DNA of 64,000 nucleotides, from the NCBI RefSeq assembly GCF_006345805.1, contig NC_042998.1, positions 26,722,001 to 26,786,000 of the forward strand, read 5' to 3'. The DNA is from Octopus sinensis. Its lineage: Eukaryota. Within the stretch, counting starts at the first letter, position 1. Each line of letters begins with the position of its first letter. Below, piece by piece: positions 37,902 to 51,790 of the stretch. The notes below the pieces were generated by a model that was given only the letters and a program-made list of their open reading frames with translations, had not been told where the DNA came from and did not search any database. Position numbers and translations under genes: made by a program.

Positions 37902-38024
37902 TTAAATCAAGTTCATCAACTATCCCTCTACCTTACAAACAGTTATGATTGTATGTAACATATGGTATAATCATAAACAGGGCAAATTTTAGCCATTTCT
38001 CTGCAGACTGAAAAATGATGAACA

Positions 38025-38067
38025 ACCTTAAACAATTTTCAAACCTTACTGGATTCTCATCAGAGGT
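38025..38067 (-). ncRNA. Degenerate minimal hammerhead-like motif
   Basis: Reverse complement ACCT-CTGATGA-GAATC[CAGTAA]GGTTT-GAAA-A[TTGT]TTA-AGGT. Confidence 0.45.
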
Positions 38068-41000
38068 GTCTACATCATTCCTGACAGTCACCAGAGAAAC
38101 AAGCAGCCAAACTGTTTATATACTCAACAAATGCAGCAGTTATTCTATGAAGGAGTCCCTCATTTGCATATCGAAAGTGTTTAACACTAAGATTACACTA
38201 ACGAATGTGTTCTTTATCTTTTATTGGTTTTCATTTTTTACTTGTTTCAGTCATTAAGACTGCGGCCATGCTGGGGCACTGCGTTGAAGAATTTTTAGTC
38301 AAATGAATCGACCCAATTCTTATTATTTTCAAGCTTGGTACTTATTCTATCAGTCTTTTTTGCTGATCTGCTAAGTTACAGAGATATAAACACACCAACA
38401 CTGGTTGTCAAGCAGTGATGGGGGACAAACACAAACACACACACACGACAGGATTCTCCAGTTTCCATGTACCAAATCCACTCACAAGGTTTTGATCAGC
38501 CCAAGACTCTTGCCCAAGACACTTGCCCAAGGAATCACAGTGGAAGTGAACTTGAGAAGCCTGTGCCTACACCTTCTTTTTTTTTGTCTTTTTGAAGATG
38601 ATAATGTATGATTTGTGAGAGACTTGGTTGCTATTTCTAACAGATCAAACAACAACATAGCAACTTCCATGTAAAAATGCAAAAAAGAATAGCTGGAATG
38701 ATCATGGTTTGACTGTCTTTTGGTCATAGGTCTGTTTCAGCTAACAGCTAGCATCGTACCCAACCAAAACAAACCCACATTGAAGCCAATGACCTAACAA
38801 GACACATGAAATCCTTTTTTCTTTAATTAATGACTGCAATATTATCATTGAAATTAACTTTAAAAAAAGTTATTTTTATTATCAAATTATCAAAATATTT
38901 TTAGTATGAATTACCTCTTTAATACGACCATTAAAAGAACCATTTAAAAATTTTTGTATAAGCATAAATAAAGTTAGAAAATATGATAATTGGGAAGCTG
39001 AGTCCATCATTGAATTACCTTTTACAAATGACTTGGAGTATGATTAAAGAAATAATAGCAAAATTGTGAAGCTAAAAACAAACAAAAAAAACTGTAAACT
39101 GTTTAAGATTTCAGTTTAAAAAAATATTGTGCATTATATGCTGTTAGAACAACAAAAAAATATTATCTGTGCTTAATTAGAATTCAAAATTCAATTTCTT
39201 TTCAATGGAAGCTTCAAGGCATTAACAGAATTTGAATTTTAGAAAACATCTATGATGAAGAATTTTGCTGAAAAATTCTATTTATATGAGATTTATTTAT
39301 TTATTTATTTATTTATTTATTTCAGAGAATGAGTTGGTTTTTAAAATTAATTCAAATTCATTTTTAAAATATTCATATTCCATAGTATTTTGTCACAATT
39401 ATGGTTTATATTTACTGCGTCAATTTCCATGCTTATGTATGCTTGCAGTGATTGACTGCTTTATTTAAGTACGACCATTTGTGGAATGGTAAATTCTTCC
39501 CCAGTATTCTCTAAGTTCATGCAAATGACAATCCACCCCACCCCATCCCACCCTTTTTTTTTCTTTCTCAATGTGGAATGACACACATAAATAAACACAT
39601 CACTCTGAGACTGAATATATGAGTAAACCATTTTAATTAGTCGTATCAAAACATCTTTAGGCATTATCAGCAAGAATTTAAATATATAGCAGAGCAAAAC
39701 CTGCAGAGATTCCAATGTTTTCTGAACATTAAGAATAGAATGGTTATTCATTCATCATTTGTGCAATAGAAAAGGAAAAAGGTCATTACACTTTTTGATA
39801 ATTTAGCTAATTTTCCCTGATTGGTTTAAAACAAGGTTTCTCAAGTATTTTGTTTTGGTTTACTCAATTCGGCAGTGTTGATATGCCTGATATACCCTTT
39901 ACGAAGAATACACTTTAAAATCTATGGACACCATGGAACAAACAGGTGTGATTTGTCAGTAATTTCATTTAATTTAATTTCACATGTCTAATGAGATGGA
40001 TGAGCTTGATGTCTTCAAACAAATAGCTTAACCTTGGCTACACTTTCAAACAACTACATCTGAAAATTTTACTCTTTTCTACTTCAGTTCTGAGCCCCTT
40101 ACAGATCCTGGTTATTAATTCACAACACACACACACTGGTTCGGGAACAAAATTTGCTTAGTGAGAGGTGCAAACTCAGACCCCCAAACTTTTACAAATA
40201 AGGAGTGGTTGGCGTTAGGAAGGGCATCCAGATGTAGAAACACTGCCAGATCAGACTGGAGCCTGGTGCAGCCTCCTGGCTTCCCAGACCCTGGTCGAAC
40301 CGTCCAGCCCGTGCTAGCACGGAAAACGGACGTTAAAAGATGATTATGATGATGATGATGATGTTCTTTGAGAAGAAACCTAATTAAAAGCAAATTTTTA
40401 CAAATCACTTTTCACTGTTTTCTAAACCCGAGAAAAGTAAGTAGGGGTAGATACTGGTGTCACACAAATGTCATATAAAATCACTCATTACACTCTCAGT
40501 GTGGTTGGCATTAGGAAGGGCATCCAACCATAGAAACCATACCAAATCAAACTAGAGTCTGGTACAGCCTTCCTGCTTGCCAGCCCTGGTCAAACTGCCC
40601 AACACATGCCAGCATGGACAATAGATGTTAAATGATGATGATAATGATGATGTTGATCTTTCCTCTTCCAGTCACTTCAGCAATGTAACTTACACATGTG
40701 CTGTTGGTGAATTTTTTTTCCTTCTTTAGACTTTTCCCTTTTTTCCTTTTCGACAGAAATCTATGCTCAAAAAGTCAAAAGCTCTCTTTTTTTATCAAGC
40801 ATAAAACTAATCCACTCCATGTGCGTGTCCTCTTATTGCTTGTTATTGTTATTTTTAATGTTCATTTATTTGATTTGATTATTTTTGTATATATATATAT
40901 ATATATATATATCTTGGCTTCTGTGGCCTGATTGGTTCCTGTGCCAGTGGCACGTAAAAAGCACCATTCAAGTGTGGTCAATGCCAGAGGCACATAAAAA

Positions 41001-41454
41001 GCACCCACTACACTCTCAGGGTGGTTGGCGTTAGGAAGGGCATCAAGCTGTAGAAACCTTGCCAGATCAGATTGGAGTATGGTGCAGCCTCCTGGATTGC
41101 CAGCTCTCGGTCAAACCATCCAATCCATGCCAGTATAGAAAGTGGACATTAAACGATGATAATGACAGACTCTCCTGTCATTAGACGACATATGAGGGTT
41201 TGACAATTTCTTATTGAACAATCACACAGAGGATTTGTTTATAGTGATCAAATGCTTGTGTACACATAAGCTCACTCCCTCCATCAGATTGACATTACCT
41301 GTTCAGGTGCAACAGGTGCTACATGTCAGATGACAAAAAGATTGCAGAGCATCTTGAAATAAAGTGTTTTGCTCAAGAACACAACGGTCTGGGAATTGAA
41401 CCGATGATCTCAAAATCGTGTGTGCAACACCTTAACCACTGAGCTATATATATA

Positions 41455-41615
41455 GGGAGAGTTTACGAAAAAAAACAAAAGACGAAGACAGGTGGTGTAC
41501 AAAACAAACAGATGTATTAGTATAATGCTCAGGAATAGAAAAAGTCTTTTATGTTTCGAGTCTACGCTCTTCTACAGAAAGGGACACAGAAAAAAACAAG
41601 GAGAGAAAAAAAAGG
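41455..41615 (-). mobile_element. Repeat family F with minimal hammerhead-like motif (41546-41581)
   Basis: Reverse complement CTTT-CTGTAGA-A-GAGC[GTAG]ACTC-GAAAC-AT-A-AAAG. Confidence 0.65.
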
Positions 41616-42168
41616 AGAGAGCTATATATATACCTCTATAAGTATATAAGAGAAATTAAAGTTGTACAAACTTTGTAAAAACACTTGAACTTGGAGCTAA
41701 CCAAAACCAGCCAACTGCAACTCACGTGGCATAACATCCAGCTATCACAACCCACCTCTGTACATTGCACAATAATTTTATTCACTCAACTATTTCTCAT
41801 GTTCACTGCTTCTTCCATTAAGTCATTTTTCATGCCAGAAGCCAACAGACTTTGCAACCGCACAAAGCTTATTTTTTTAGCATATTTAGTAAGTGCTTTA
41901 AAACTTCTGACAATACATAATTTGAAATAATTCTTTTTTGGAATGTTGAAGCAACTTGAAGCAAATATCCTATGAATAATAGTGTGTAAACATTGAGTTA
42001 AAAGAAAAACCCTTAGGAAAGGAAAAGTCAAAGGTTGACTGTGTTGAACTGACTGAAAGCAACATTAACACAGATTACTTTGGAGTAGCTACTTGTTATG
42101 TATTCAGCTAACAAACTACTAAAATATTTACTTTTCATCTCAAGTACTTAAGGATCCTGTGATATATA

Positions 42169-42229
<61 letters not shown>

Positions 42230-43519
42230 GTATAAATGCATTCATCAAATCTTGTTTCACTGAGTGGAGAAAAATAAAGGAAAATATTTCCCTCAGACAT
42301 GTTATGTGTCATCATAAAGTTCCATTATAACTATTCATGGAACCGAAGCTTTCTGAAACAGCATTTATGAACTCTGATTGAGTTGACTAATAAAACTTAT
42401 ATTTTGATCAGAATTCATTTAATCAGAAATATGTTCAAGTTGATCAAAGTGAATATGTTTACCAATGAAATGAAGCTAGACTAGATGCCATCTATAAGGT
42501 TATTTTGAGAATTGCCAAATGTAAAAACCTCACACATTTATTGAAACTTTGGTCAATAAAGAGACTGTTAGCTGAAAGGAGGAAGAAAATGATGTATATA
42601 TGATTCCCTATGTAATCTTTTTTCCTTCCCGTGTTCACACCACACAAAAAGCACTGGTGTTGGTGCCACATAAAAAGCACCCAATACACTCTGTAAAATA
42701 GCTGGCATTAGGAAGGGCATCCAACTGTAGAAACCATACCAAAGCAGATGACAGAGGTCTGATGTAGCCCTTTGGCTTGCCAGCTTCAGTCAAACAATCC
42801 AACCCATGCTAGCATGGAAAGCAGATGATGATAATGATGATGATTTCAAATTATATATTTTCCATGTTTTGGTGCATTTCATCAAAATGGAATTAAATAC
42901 ACAAACCTATATTTCTTCCGGAATTTTTAAAACTCGGATCTTCTTGATTAAGATCTGTTGCAGAGACATTTAAGCTACGTTTAAAATAATTTTCTGTAAA
43001 AACAGTTCATTTAAGATGATTTGTGAATGAAGCTTACAGATTCAGTTCTCAGCATTATATGTGCAACCATCTTCATGCTCTGTAATTTTCACTGCTATTC
43101 ATGTCTGCACTACAATGGAAACTTGATTCCATCCTGGCAAATGCTTTCCATTTTCACACTGTTTTATTTAGCCTTTTCTACTTTCCAAAACCTTTCAATA
43201 CTTTAACACAATTATTAAAGATACTTGCAATGTTTTTTTTTTTCGTCTTTGTTAGAGACAGCCTTCATGCATTTTATTTTACCGTTCTCTGCTTTGTTCT
43301 AAATCTGTTGCCGGTTCAAGCGAGCTGGCAGAAACGTTAGCACGCCAGATGAAATGCTTAGCAGTATTCCTAATGCCACCCACCTTACAGAAAGCACTGA
43401 GTAGCTTTATATGGTGCCAGTATGGATGCTTTTTATGTGCCACTGGCATGGGTATTTTTTAAGTGGCACCAGCATGGGTGCTGTTTACGTGACACAAGCA
43501 AAGGCATTTTTTGTTTCTT

Positions 43520-43805
43520 CTTTCTTGAGCCACGCCTGGCCCATAAGGGCCGGTTTCCTTGGCGTATAGGTTCCCCACCTGGATGGGACGCCGGTCCGTC
43601 GCAGGTGAGCTGCAAGATGCAGGAGGAAAGAGTGAGAGAAAGTTGTGGTGAAAGAGACAGCAGAAGTTCGCCATTACCTTCTGCCAGAGCTGCGTGGAGC
43701 TTAGGTGTTTTGCTCATAAACACACACATCGCCCAGTCTGAGATTCAAACCCGCAATCCCTTGACCGCGAGTCCGCTGCTCTAACCACTAGGCTATGTGC
43801 CTCCA
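43520..43805 (-). mobile_element. SINE family D
   Basis: Reverse homologue of 48652-48970. Confidence 0.8.
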
Positions 43806-44258
43806 AATGCATTTTTTACATGGTGCCAGTGCCCACAGTGTTGCTATGTGGCTTGCAAGACATGGACATCTCAACTGAGAGAGAGGATCCTGCGTGAAAA
43901 TAAACGATGTTAAGATTTTGATATCATTAAATATCAAATATTAAAATACTGGCAGTTAATTAGTGAAAGTTATAGTGTTGGTGTTTGGTGATGGAAGGAG
44001 TTGCTGAAACATGAAATGACCAAAGCAATTAATTAAAAAGCGACAGCTGAATGAAAGGAAGTATCATGATGAATGACTTAAAAGTGATATCAGATCTATA
44101 AAGGGGCAATGTGCTTGATAGGAGTGCAAAGATATCATTGACACAGGAAGATCAAATATAACCAGTGAAAAGAAATTAAATTCTAGGTGTCTTTCCAGGA
44201 TGTAATCCACCAGAAGAGAATTTATGTAAAATAAATGTATTTGTTTTCCTAAATAAAT

Positions 44259-44367
44259 TGCACTTCATATTCAAGGCTCTGATGAAGCTTATAAAGTGTT
44301 ACTCAGGCACACAACGATGAGTCCATTGCATCTTATAGCAGAAACAGCTGTAAGTCAATGGAGTGCA
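44259..44367 (+). ncRNA. Type I hammerhead-like motif with palindromic stem III
   Basis: TGCACTTCA..GGCT-CTGATGA-A-GCTTATAA..TTATAGC-A-GAAAC-AGCT-GTA^AGTC..TGGAGTGCA. Confidence 0.72.
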
Positions 44368-44455
44368 TAAGATGATTGTTTGTTCATTTGTCATCTCATT
44401 TTCTGATATGTGTGTGTGGTGTGTGTGCGTGTGTGTATATATGTATGTAAGTATA

Positions 44456-44493
<38 letters not shown>

Positions 44494-44494
<1 letters not shown>

Positions 44495-45058
44495 TGGGTT
44501 GCCTGGAAAGTTTGTGCCGATTTATAGTAGCTTACTTTTGACTTATTTTAGAACATGGTTGAGTCCATAAAATAAGATTTGACTACACCTCCATTTAGAG
44601 CACAGTTTATGCTATCTTTTCATGGAAGAAGGTGTATGTTTCTATAACCTGTGTTAATTCTGCAACCCTTTAAAATGAAAGATAAGAAAGTTCATTTTTG
44701 GCACTTGATGCTTAGGGAACGAGACAAAAATTGCTGCAGCTTGGCTGGGATGTGTTACCCCACCCTCCATATTCACCAGATATTGCTTCTTCAGATTTCC
44801 ACTTATTCAGGTCTCAGCAGAATAGTTTTAATGGTAAAAATTTCAATTCCTTGGATGAAGTAATAAGATACATTGATGATTTCTTTGCCATGAAACCACC
44901 TCAATTCTGGGGAAGAGGGTATTTTCAAGTTAAAGGAAAGATGGAGATGCATTGTGCAACAAAATGGTTCATATTTGGTTGATTAAAAATGTAATGGCAA
45001 GTATTTATTGACCTTTTCTTTCCTTTAAAAATCGGCACAAACTTTCTGGACAACCCAA
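44494..45058 (+). mobile_element. Internally deleted mariner
   Basis: TA-flanked TIRs TTGGGTTGCCTGGAAAGTTTGTGCCGATTT; transposase N-terminus MKDKKVHFWHLML fused to LGWDVLPHPPYSPDIASSDFHLF. Confidence 0.95.
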
Positions 45059-45074
45059 TATTTACATACATATA

Positions 45075-45154
<80 letters not shown>

Positions 45155-45171
45155 TATAATATATATATAAT

Positions 45172-45202
<31 letters not shown>

Positions 45203-45205
45203 GTG

Positions 45206-45275
<70 letters not shown>

Positions 45276-45277
45276 GT

Positions 45278-45342
<65 letters not shown>

Positions 45343-45949
45343 TAATAAAATAGAACATATGCATATATATAAACATATATGTACGTACCTACCTCTACAT
45401 GTACATATACACGCATATATGTGTACAGGACACCAAAAGGACGTCGAACACATAGAGAGACGAAAAACATAGACACAAACCAAGGAACAGGACAAGCAAA
45501 AAAGAAAAAAAGAGATACAGGACAATAAGCACAACGAAAAATCCCCTTCTTCAGTCGCTAAGGTTTCATCTACTCTACGTTTCGAAGGATAAAAGCGAGA
45601 CGTATACTTCGAAGAAACTTCCTTCCTGCGAAAAGCAAATCAATTAAAATTCTGAGATCTTTTCGCAGAGGGGTAAAAAATGGTAAAAAAAGCAAGATGG
45701 TAACGACAGTACAAACATATAAACAGTAAAAAAAAAAAAAAAATTATATATAAACAGTTGAAAAATAAATATATAACAGTGAGAGACAGGACAAGGAGAA
45801 CAAGATAAGAAGGGCTGTTTACGCCAGACGAAAAAAGTAATGCAAACGCTGGATTATAGTGGACGACGAGAGAGAAAGAATGTCGACCAGTGGCCTTAGA
45901 AGGCGGGCGAGAAAAGACAGGATAGCAGTTACGACGGAAGTATCGTATA

Positions 45950-47037
<1,088 letters not shown>

Positions 47038-47944
47038 ATCCAACCCATGGAAAATGGACGTTAAACAATGATGATGCTGATGATATATATATGTATATAT
47101 TCAACAATTGATTACAGTGTTGAAAATGTCTTTCTACATAAATGTTTTTAGCATCTAAGCAATTACTTTGTTGGAAGTTTGTAGCTATCTCCAATCTAAT
47201 TTTCTTGTTTACTAACAGCTATGGATAAACTAGTTGCTGTCGTTGAAAAGCAACAAGTCATAGATATATCTATATTTAAACTTTTTTCTTTCTTACTTTC
47301 TCAAGAATATTAGAAACTAATTCCAAATATTAATACCAAATATTAGATCCATTATTACTTTGGTATTGCCATGAACTGTGTATAAAAGCAAAGGTATTCA
47401 ATCTACAGTACGCATTGCAAGTCTGATACAAACAGAAATAGTGGACAATTAATTGAATAAGAAATCAAGAATAACATTCAGGTTTCCTTGTTGGAGATCA
47501 CGTTTGCATGCTGGTAGGAAATAAAATGCTAGCACTCAATTAAAGTGATAAATGACAAGGTTCTGTATTGTGTTTGGCAGATCTTTTTCACTAGGCTGTA
47601 TTTCATTTTGGAAACACATACAAGAAAAAAAAAAAAAAGATTAAGGGAGAACAATTCTAATACCTCTGCATATAAATTGCAAAATTACAAGATGGAGTTT
47701 CGACATGGCTATTCAATCTGCAAGAAATAGCAGTCGAATCTCTCTTAAATCACATTCTACCACCTTAAAATGGAAAGACACATTAGATCAGTGGCTCTCG
47801 ACCAGGGTTCCATATGGCTCTTGGGAGTCCATATATGATTTTGTTATTAAAATTTTATGTGAAAAATATTGTTTATGCTTCTACAATAAACGAAATATTT
47901 TAATTTTTTTTATACAATTCCTAATAATATTTAATTATAAAAAT

Positions 47945-48356
47945 ACATGTGGTTGTATGGTAAGAAGCTTGCTTCCCAACCACATGGTTCAGGGTTCAGT
48001 CCCACTGCATGGCATCTTGGACAAGTGTCTTCTACTATAGCTTCGGGCTGACCAAAGCTTTGTGAGTGGATTTGGTAGATGGAAACTGAAAGAAGCCCTT
48101 CGTATATATATATATATATATATCTATATATGTATGTATGTACGTATGTATGTATTTGTGTGTGTTTGTCTGAGTTTGTTCCCTACCATCGCTTGACAAC
48201 CGATGTTGATATGTTTACATCCCCGTAACTTAGCAGTTCAGTAAAAGAGACTAAGTACTAGGCTTCAAAAAAGAATAAGCCCTGGGGTCGGTTTCTTTGA
48301 TTAACGGTAGTACTCCAGCATGGCCGCAGTCAGATGACTGAAACAAATAAAAGAAT
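47945..48356 (+). mobile_element. SINE family A
   Basis: Full copy. Confidence 0.85.
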
Positions 48357-48651
48357 GTGTGGGGATGGGAGGGTGAATGGCTATGGTGGTCCAGAAGAAT
48401 AAAACCAGAATCAAAGGGCCCATAGACATAAGATGGTTGAGAACCACTGTATTAGGCAATGTAGTCCTAGATACATAAACCATTGAGAGAAAGAAAAACC
48501 CTGGGGGAAGTCTGCTCAACCAGGACTGACCTGGGGTTAAACAACAACAACACGAGTAAAATTAAACAGCGAAAAATATAATAAACCTTTATGCATAGAA
48601 TGCACTTTCATTACTGAAATCAAGATTAAAATCAAGTGTGCGTATAAAAAT

Positions 48652-48970
48652 AGTGGAGGCACATGGCCTAGTGGTTAGAGCAGCAGACTCGTGGTTGAAG
48701 GATTGCGGGCTCGAATCTCAGACCGGGCGATATGTGTGTGTTTATGAGTGAAACACCTAAGCTCCACACAGCTCCAGCAGAAGGCAATGGCAAACTTCTG
48801 CTGACTCTTTTGCCACAACTTTCTCTCACTCTTTCCTCCTGCATCTTGAAGCTCACCTGCGACAGACCGGCATCCTGTCCAGGTGGGGAACCTATACACC
48901 AAGGAAACTGAGAAACTGGCCCTTATGAACAGGCCCTTATAAACAGGCATGGCTCGAGAAGGAACAAACA
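48652..48970 (+). mobile_element. SINE family D
   Basis: tRNA-like head, tail ..GGCATGGCTCGAGAAGGAACAAACAA. Confidence 0.8.
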
Positions 48971-49734
48971 ATATAAAAATAGGATTAAAGTCAAGGGTCT
49001 ATATAAAGCATGGTATGGTGCTGCAAAGGTTTTCCTCACTCATTAAAGTCAATTTAAGCCTCAAAAGCTGCTGTTACAATCATTAGACTGTAGCCATGCT
49101 GGAGCATCACCTTGTGGGATTTCAGTCAAGCAAATCAACTCTAGTAGTTATTTTCTTTTTAAGCCTGGTACTTACTTATTCTATCAGTCCCTTTTTGCCA
49201 AACCATTATGAAATGGGGGGTTGTAAACACATCAACACTGGTTGTCAAGTAGTGGTGAAGGGGAAAACATAGACACAAAGACATGCATAACTACACACCA
49301 CACCACACACATACAGATATATATATATATGACAGGCTTCTCTCTGTTTCCATCTACCAAATCCACTCACAAGGCTTTAGTTGGCCTGAGTCTGTAGTAG
49401 AAAGCTCCCAAGGTGCCATGCAGTGGGAGTAAACACAGAACCATTTGGTTGGGGGGCAAGCATCTTACCACACAGCCACACCTGTAACTATATCATCATC
49501 ATTATTTAGCATCCATTGTCCATGCTGGCATGGATTGAACGATTTGACCAGGGTTAGCATGCTGGAAAGCTGCACCAGAGTCCCATCTTATTTATCATGG
49601 TTTTGTACAGTTGGATGCCTTTCATAATGCCAACTACTCTGAGAGTGTAATGGGTACTTTTACGTGCCATTTGCGTGACATGGGTACTTTTACATGCCAC
49701 CGGCACCAGCATAATGCCAAAGGGCTTGGTCACT

Positions 49735-50005
49735 GTCTCCATGAGGCCCAACACTCAAAAGGAACTCAGCAACTTTGCCTCCATGAGGCCCAATGCTCGA
49801 AAGGAAATCAGCCACTTTGCCTCTGTGAGGCCCAACACTCGAAAGGAACTCAGCCACTTTGCCTCCGTGAGGCCCAACACTCGAAAGGAACTCAGCCACT
49901 TTGCCTCTGTGAGGCCCAACACTCGAAAGGAACTCAGCCACTTTGCCTCCGTGAGGCCCAATGCTTGAAAGGAACTCAGCCACTTTGCCTCCGTCCAATG
50001 CTTCA
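49735..50005 (-). repeat. 39-bp tandem repeat (about 6.5 units) from an RTE ORF end
   Basis: Unit GAGGCCCAACACTCGAAAGGAACTCAGCCACTTTGCCTC(C/T)GT; reverse complement reads in frame as RVLGLTEAKWLSSF. Confidence 0.85.
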
Positions 50006-51354
50006 AAGGTAATCTTTACATGCCACCAGTACAGGGGCACTTGGCTTGACAAGTCCTCTCAAGCACAGCACATCTTTGGCGATGTGCTGTGCTTGAGAGC
50101 ATAATAATTTCTAACATAAACTCAAGGCCAGAAATCTGGAGGAAATTAGTCAACGTAATCCCTCCCAGTATCTGACTGGTGCTTTATGTTATTGACCCCA
50201 GAAGGATAAAAGGCAAAAGTGGCCTCAGTGGGATTTGAATTCGGCATGCTAGGAGCTCCAAAATATACCATTTACTCACCACCCTTAACATCCTACATAT
50301 AATAAAATTTCATCTTTAGAAAACAGTAAAATGCCAGTTCTTCTGAATTAGCTTATGACAAGAAAATAAAATTTCACCAAAAAAAAAGAAAAAAAAAAAA
50401 AGACTACTTAATTTATTATTCGGTGTATTAATCATGTGATCACATAATATTAATAATTTCAGAAAGTTTTTATGCTTGGACTATCTTTCATTACTGCATT
50501 TTTTGAGTCACTAGTTTCTAATTCACAACAAATATCTTATTAATAGTACTTGATTAACATTATCATAACAATCACCATTTCCATTTATACTGAATACTAA
50601 TGACTTATTAGCATATCACTGCTACCTCTAAAAAAAAAAAAAATTACAAAAAGTATTTATTGTCTTCTGTGTGGAGTGAATACTAATATTCATATTCTCA
50701 ATAAAACTGAGGACAGAATGAATTTCTCAAATACATTTCAAATAGGACTGCTTTGAAAACTCTATAGGAAAAACAAAAACTTTTTGGTCTACATCAGTTA
50801 TGACATTGCCATAGAAAACTAAAAATCTCATAGATTATTGTAAAGAAATTCAATCAGAAGAGGCTGCGACTATTTAATTTAAAGATAGTTAAAACTACGA
50901 ATAAAATTTATTTTGTTTTATATAACCGAGATTTCGACTTCATTATAACATGAGAAATTCAATAATAAACAGAAATACTTAAATAGTGATATTTATTTAG
51001 AATATCTTTATCAACCAAGTAAACACAAGCAAATGAGGCAGCAACTACAAGTTTAATTCCCTTAAATCATATCCTGGCATCTTAAAATTAGATACTGTTT
51101 GAAAATATAATGGAAATGTCATGGCTTGTGTACTCTGATTAAAGGTCTGGTTGGAGAGAGCGGGAGGTTGAATACATATTATATATTCAAAGCCACTCAC
51201 CTGATGATGTGCTAGTACATAGCTGCTGCTGGGTCATATTTAGTTATGTGATTACTTATATAATATTTATGTAATTGTATGATATGGAATAATGCAACAT
51301 CTGATGACAGAAACAATTGTTGTGGTTTGTGATTAAAGCCTGTTTATTCCATCT

Positions 51355-51790
51355 TCTTCATCATCATTATCATCATTAATGTCCATTTTCCATGCTGGCA
51401 TGGGTTGGACAGTTTGACTGGGGACTGGCAAGGCAGGAGGCCACGCCAGGCACCAACCTGATCAGGCAATGTTTCTATAGCTGGATGCCCTTCCTAATGC
51501 CAACCACTCCAAGAGTGTAGTGGGTGCTTTTTATAATGCCACCGGCACAAGAGCCAGTCAGGTGGCACTGGCATCAGCCACGTTCAGATGGTGCTTTTTA
51601 CATGCTTCCGGTACAAGAGCCAGTCATGCAGGGGGGTTCTGGCATCGACTATGTTCAGATGGTGCTTTTTACATGCCACTGGCACGAGGAGCCAGTCAGG
51701 CGGTACTGGCAACGACCCACACATGAATGATGCTTATTGCGTGCCACCAGCATGGGAGCCATCAGGCAGCACTGACATCATCCACAACTA
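51355..51790 (-). mobile_element. RTE-tail repeat family C with tandem internal modules
   Basis: Repeated GGTGCTTTTTACATGCCAC..GAGCCAGTCAGG. Confidence 0.8.

Noticed and set aside
47690-47745. Hairpin TTCGAC..GCTATT..AATAGC..GTCGAA
   Set aside because: No ribozyme core; resembles a dispersed repeat also seen near 3540
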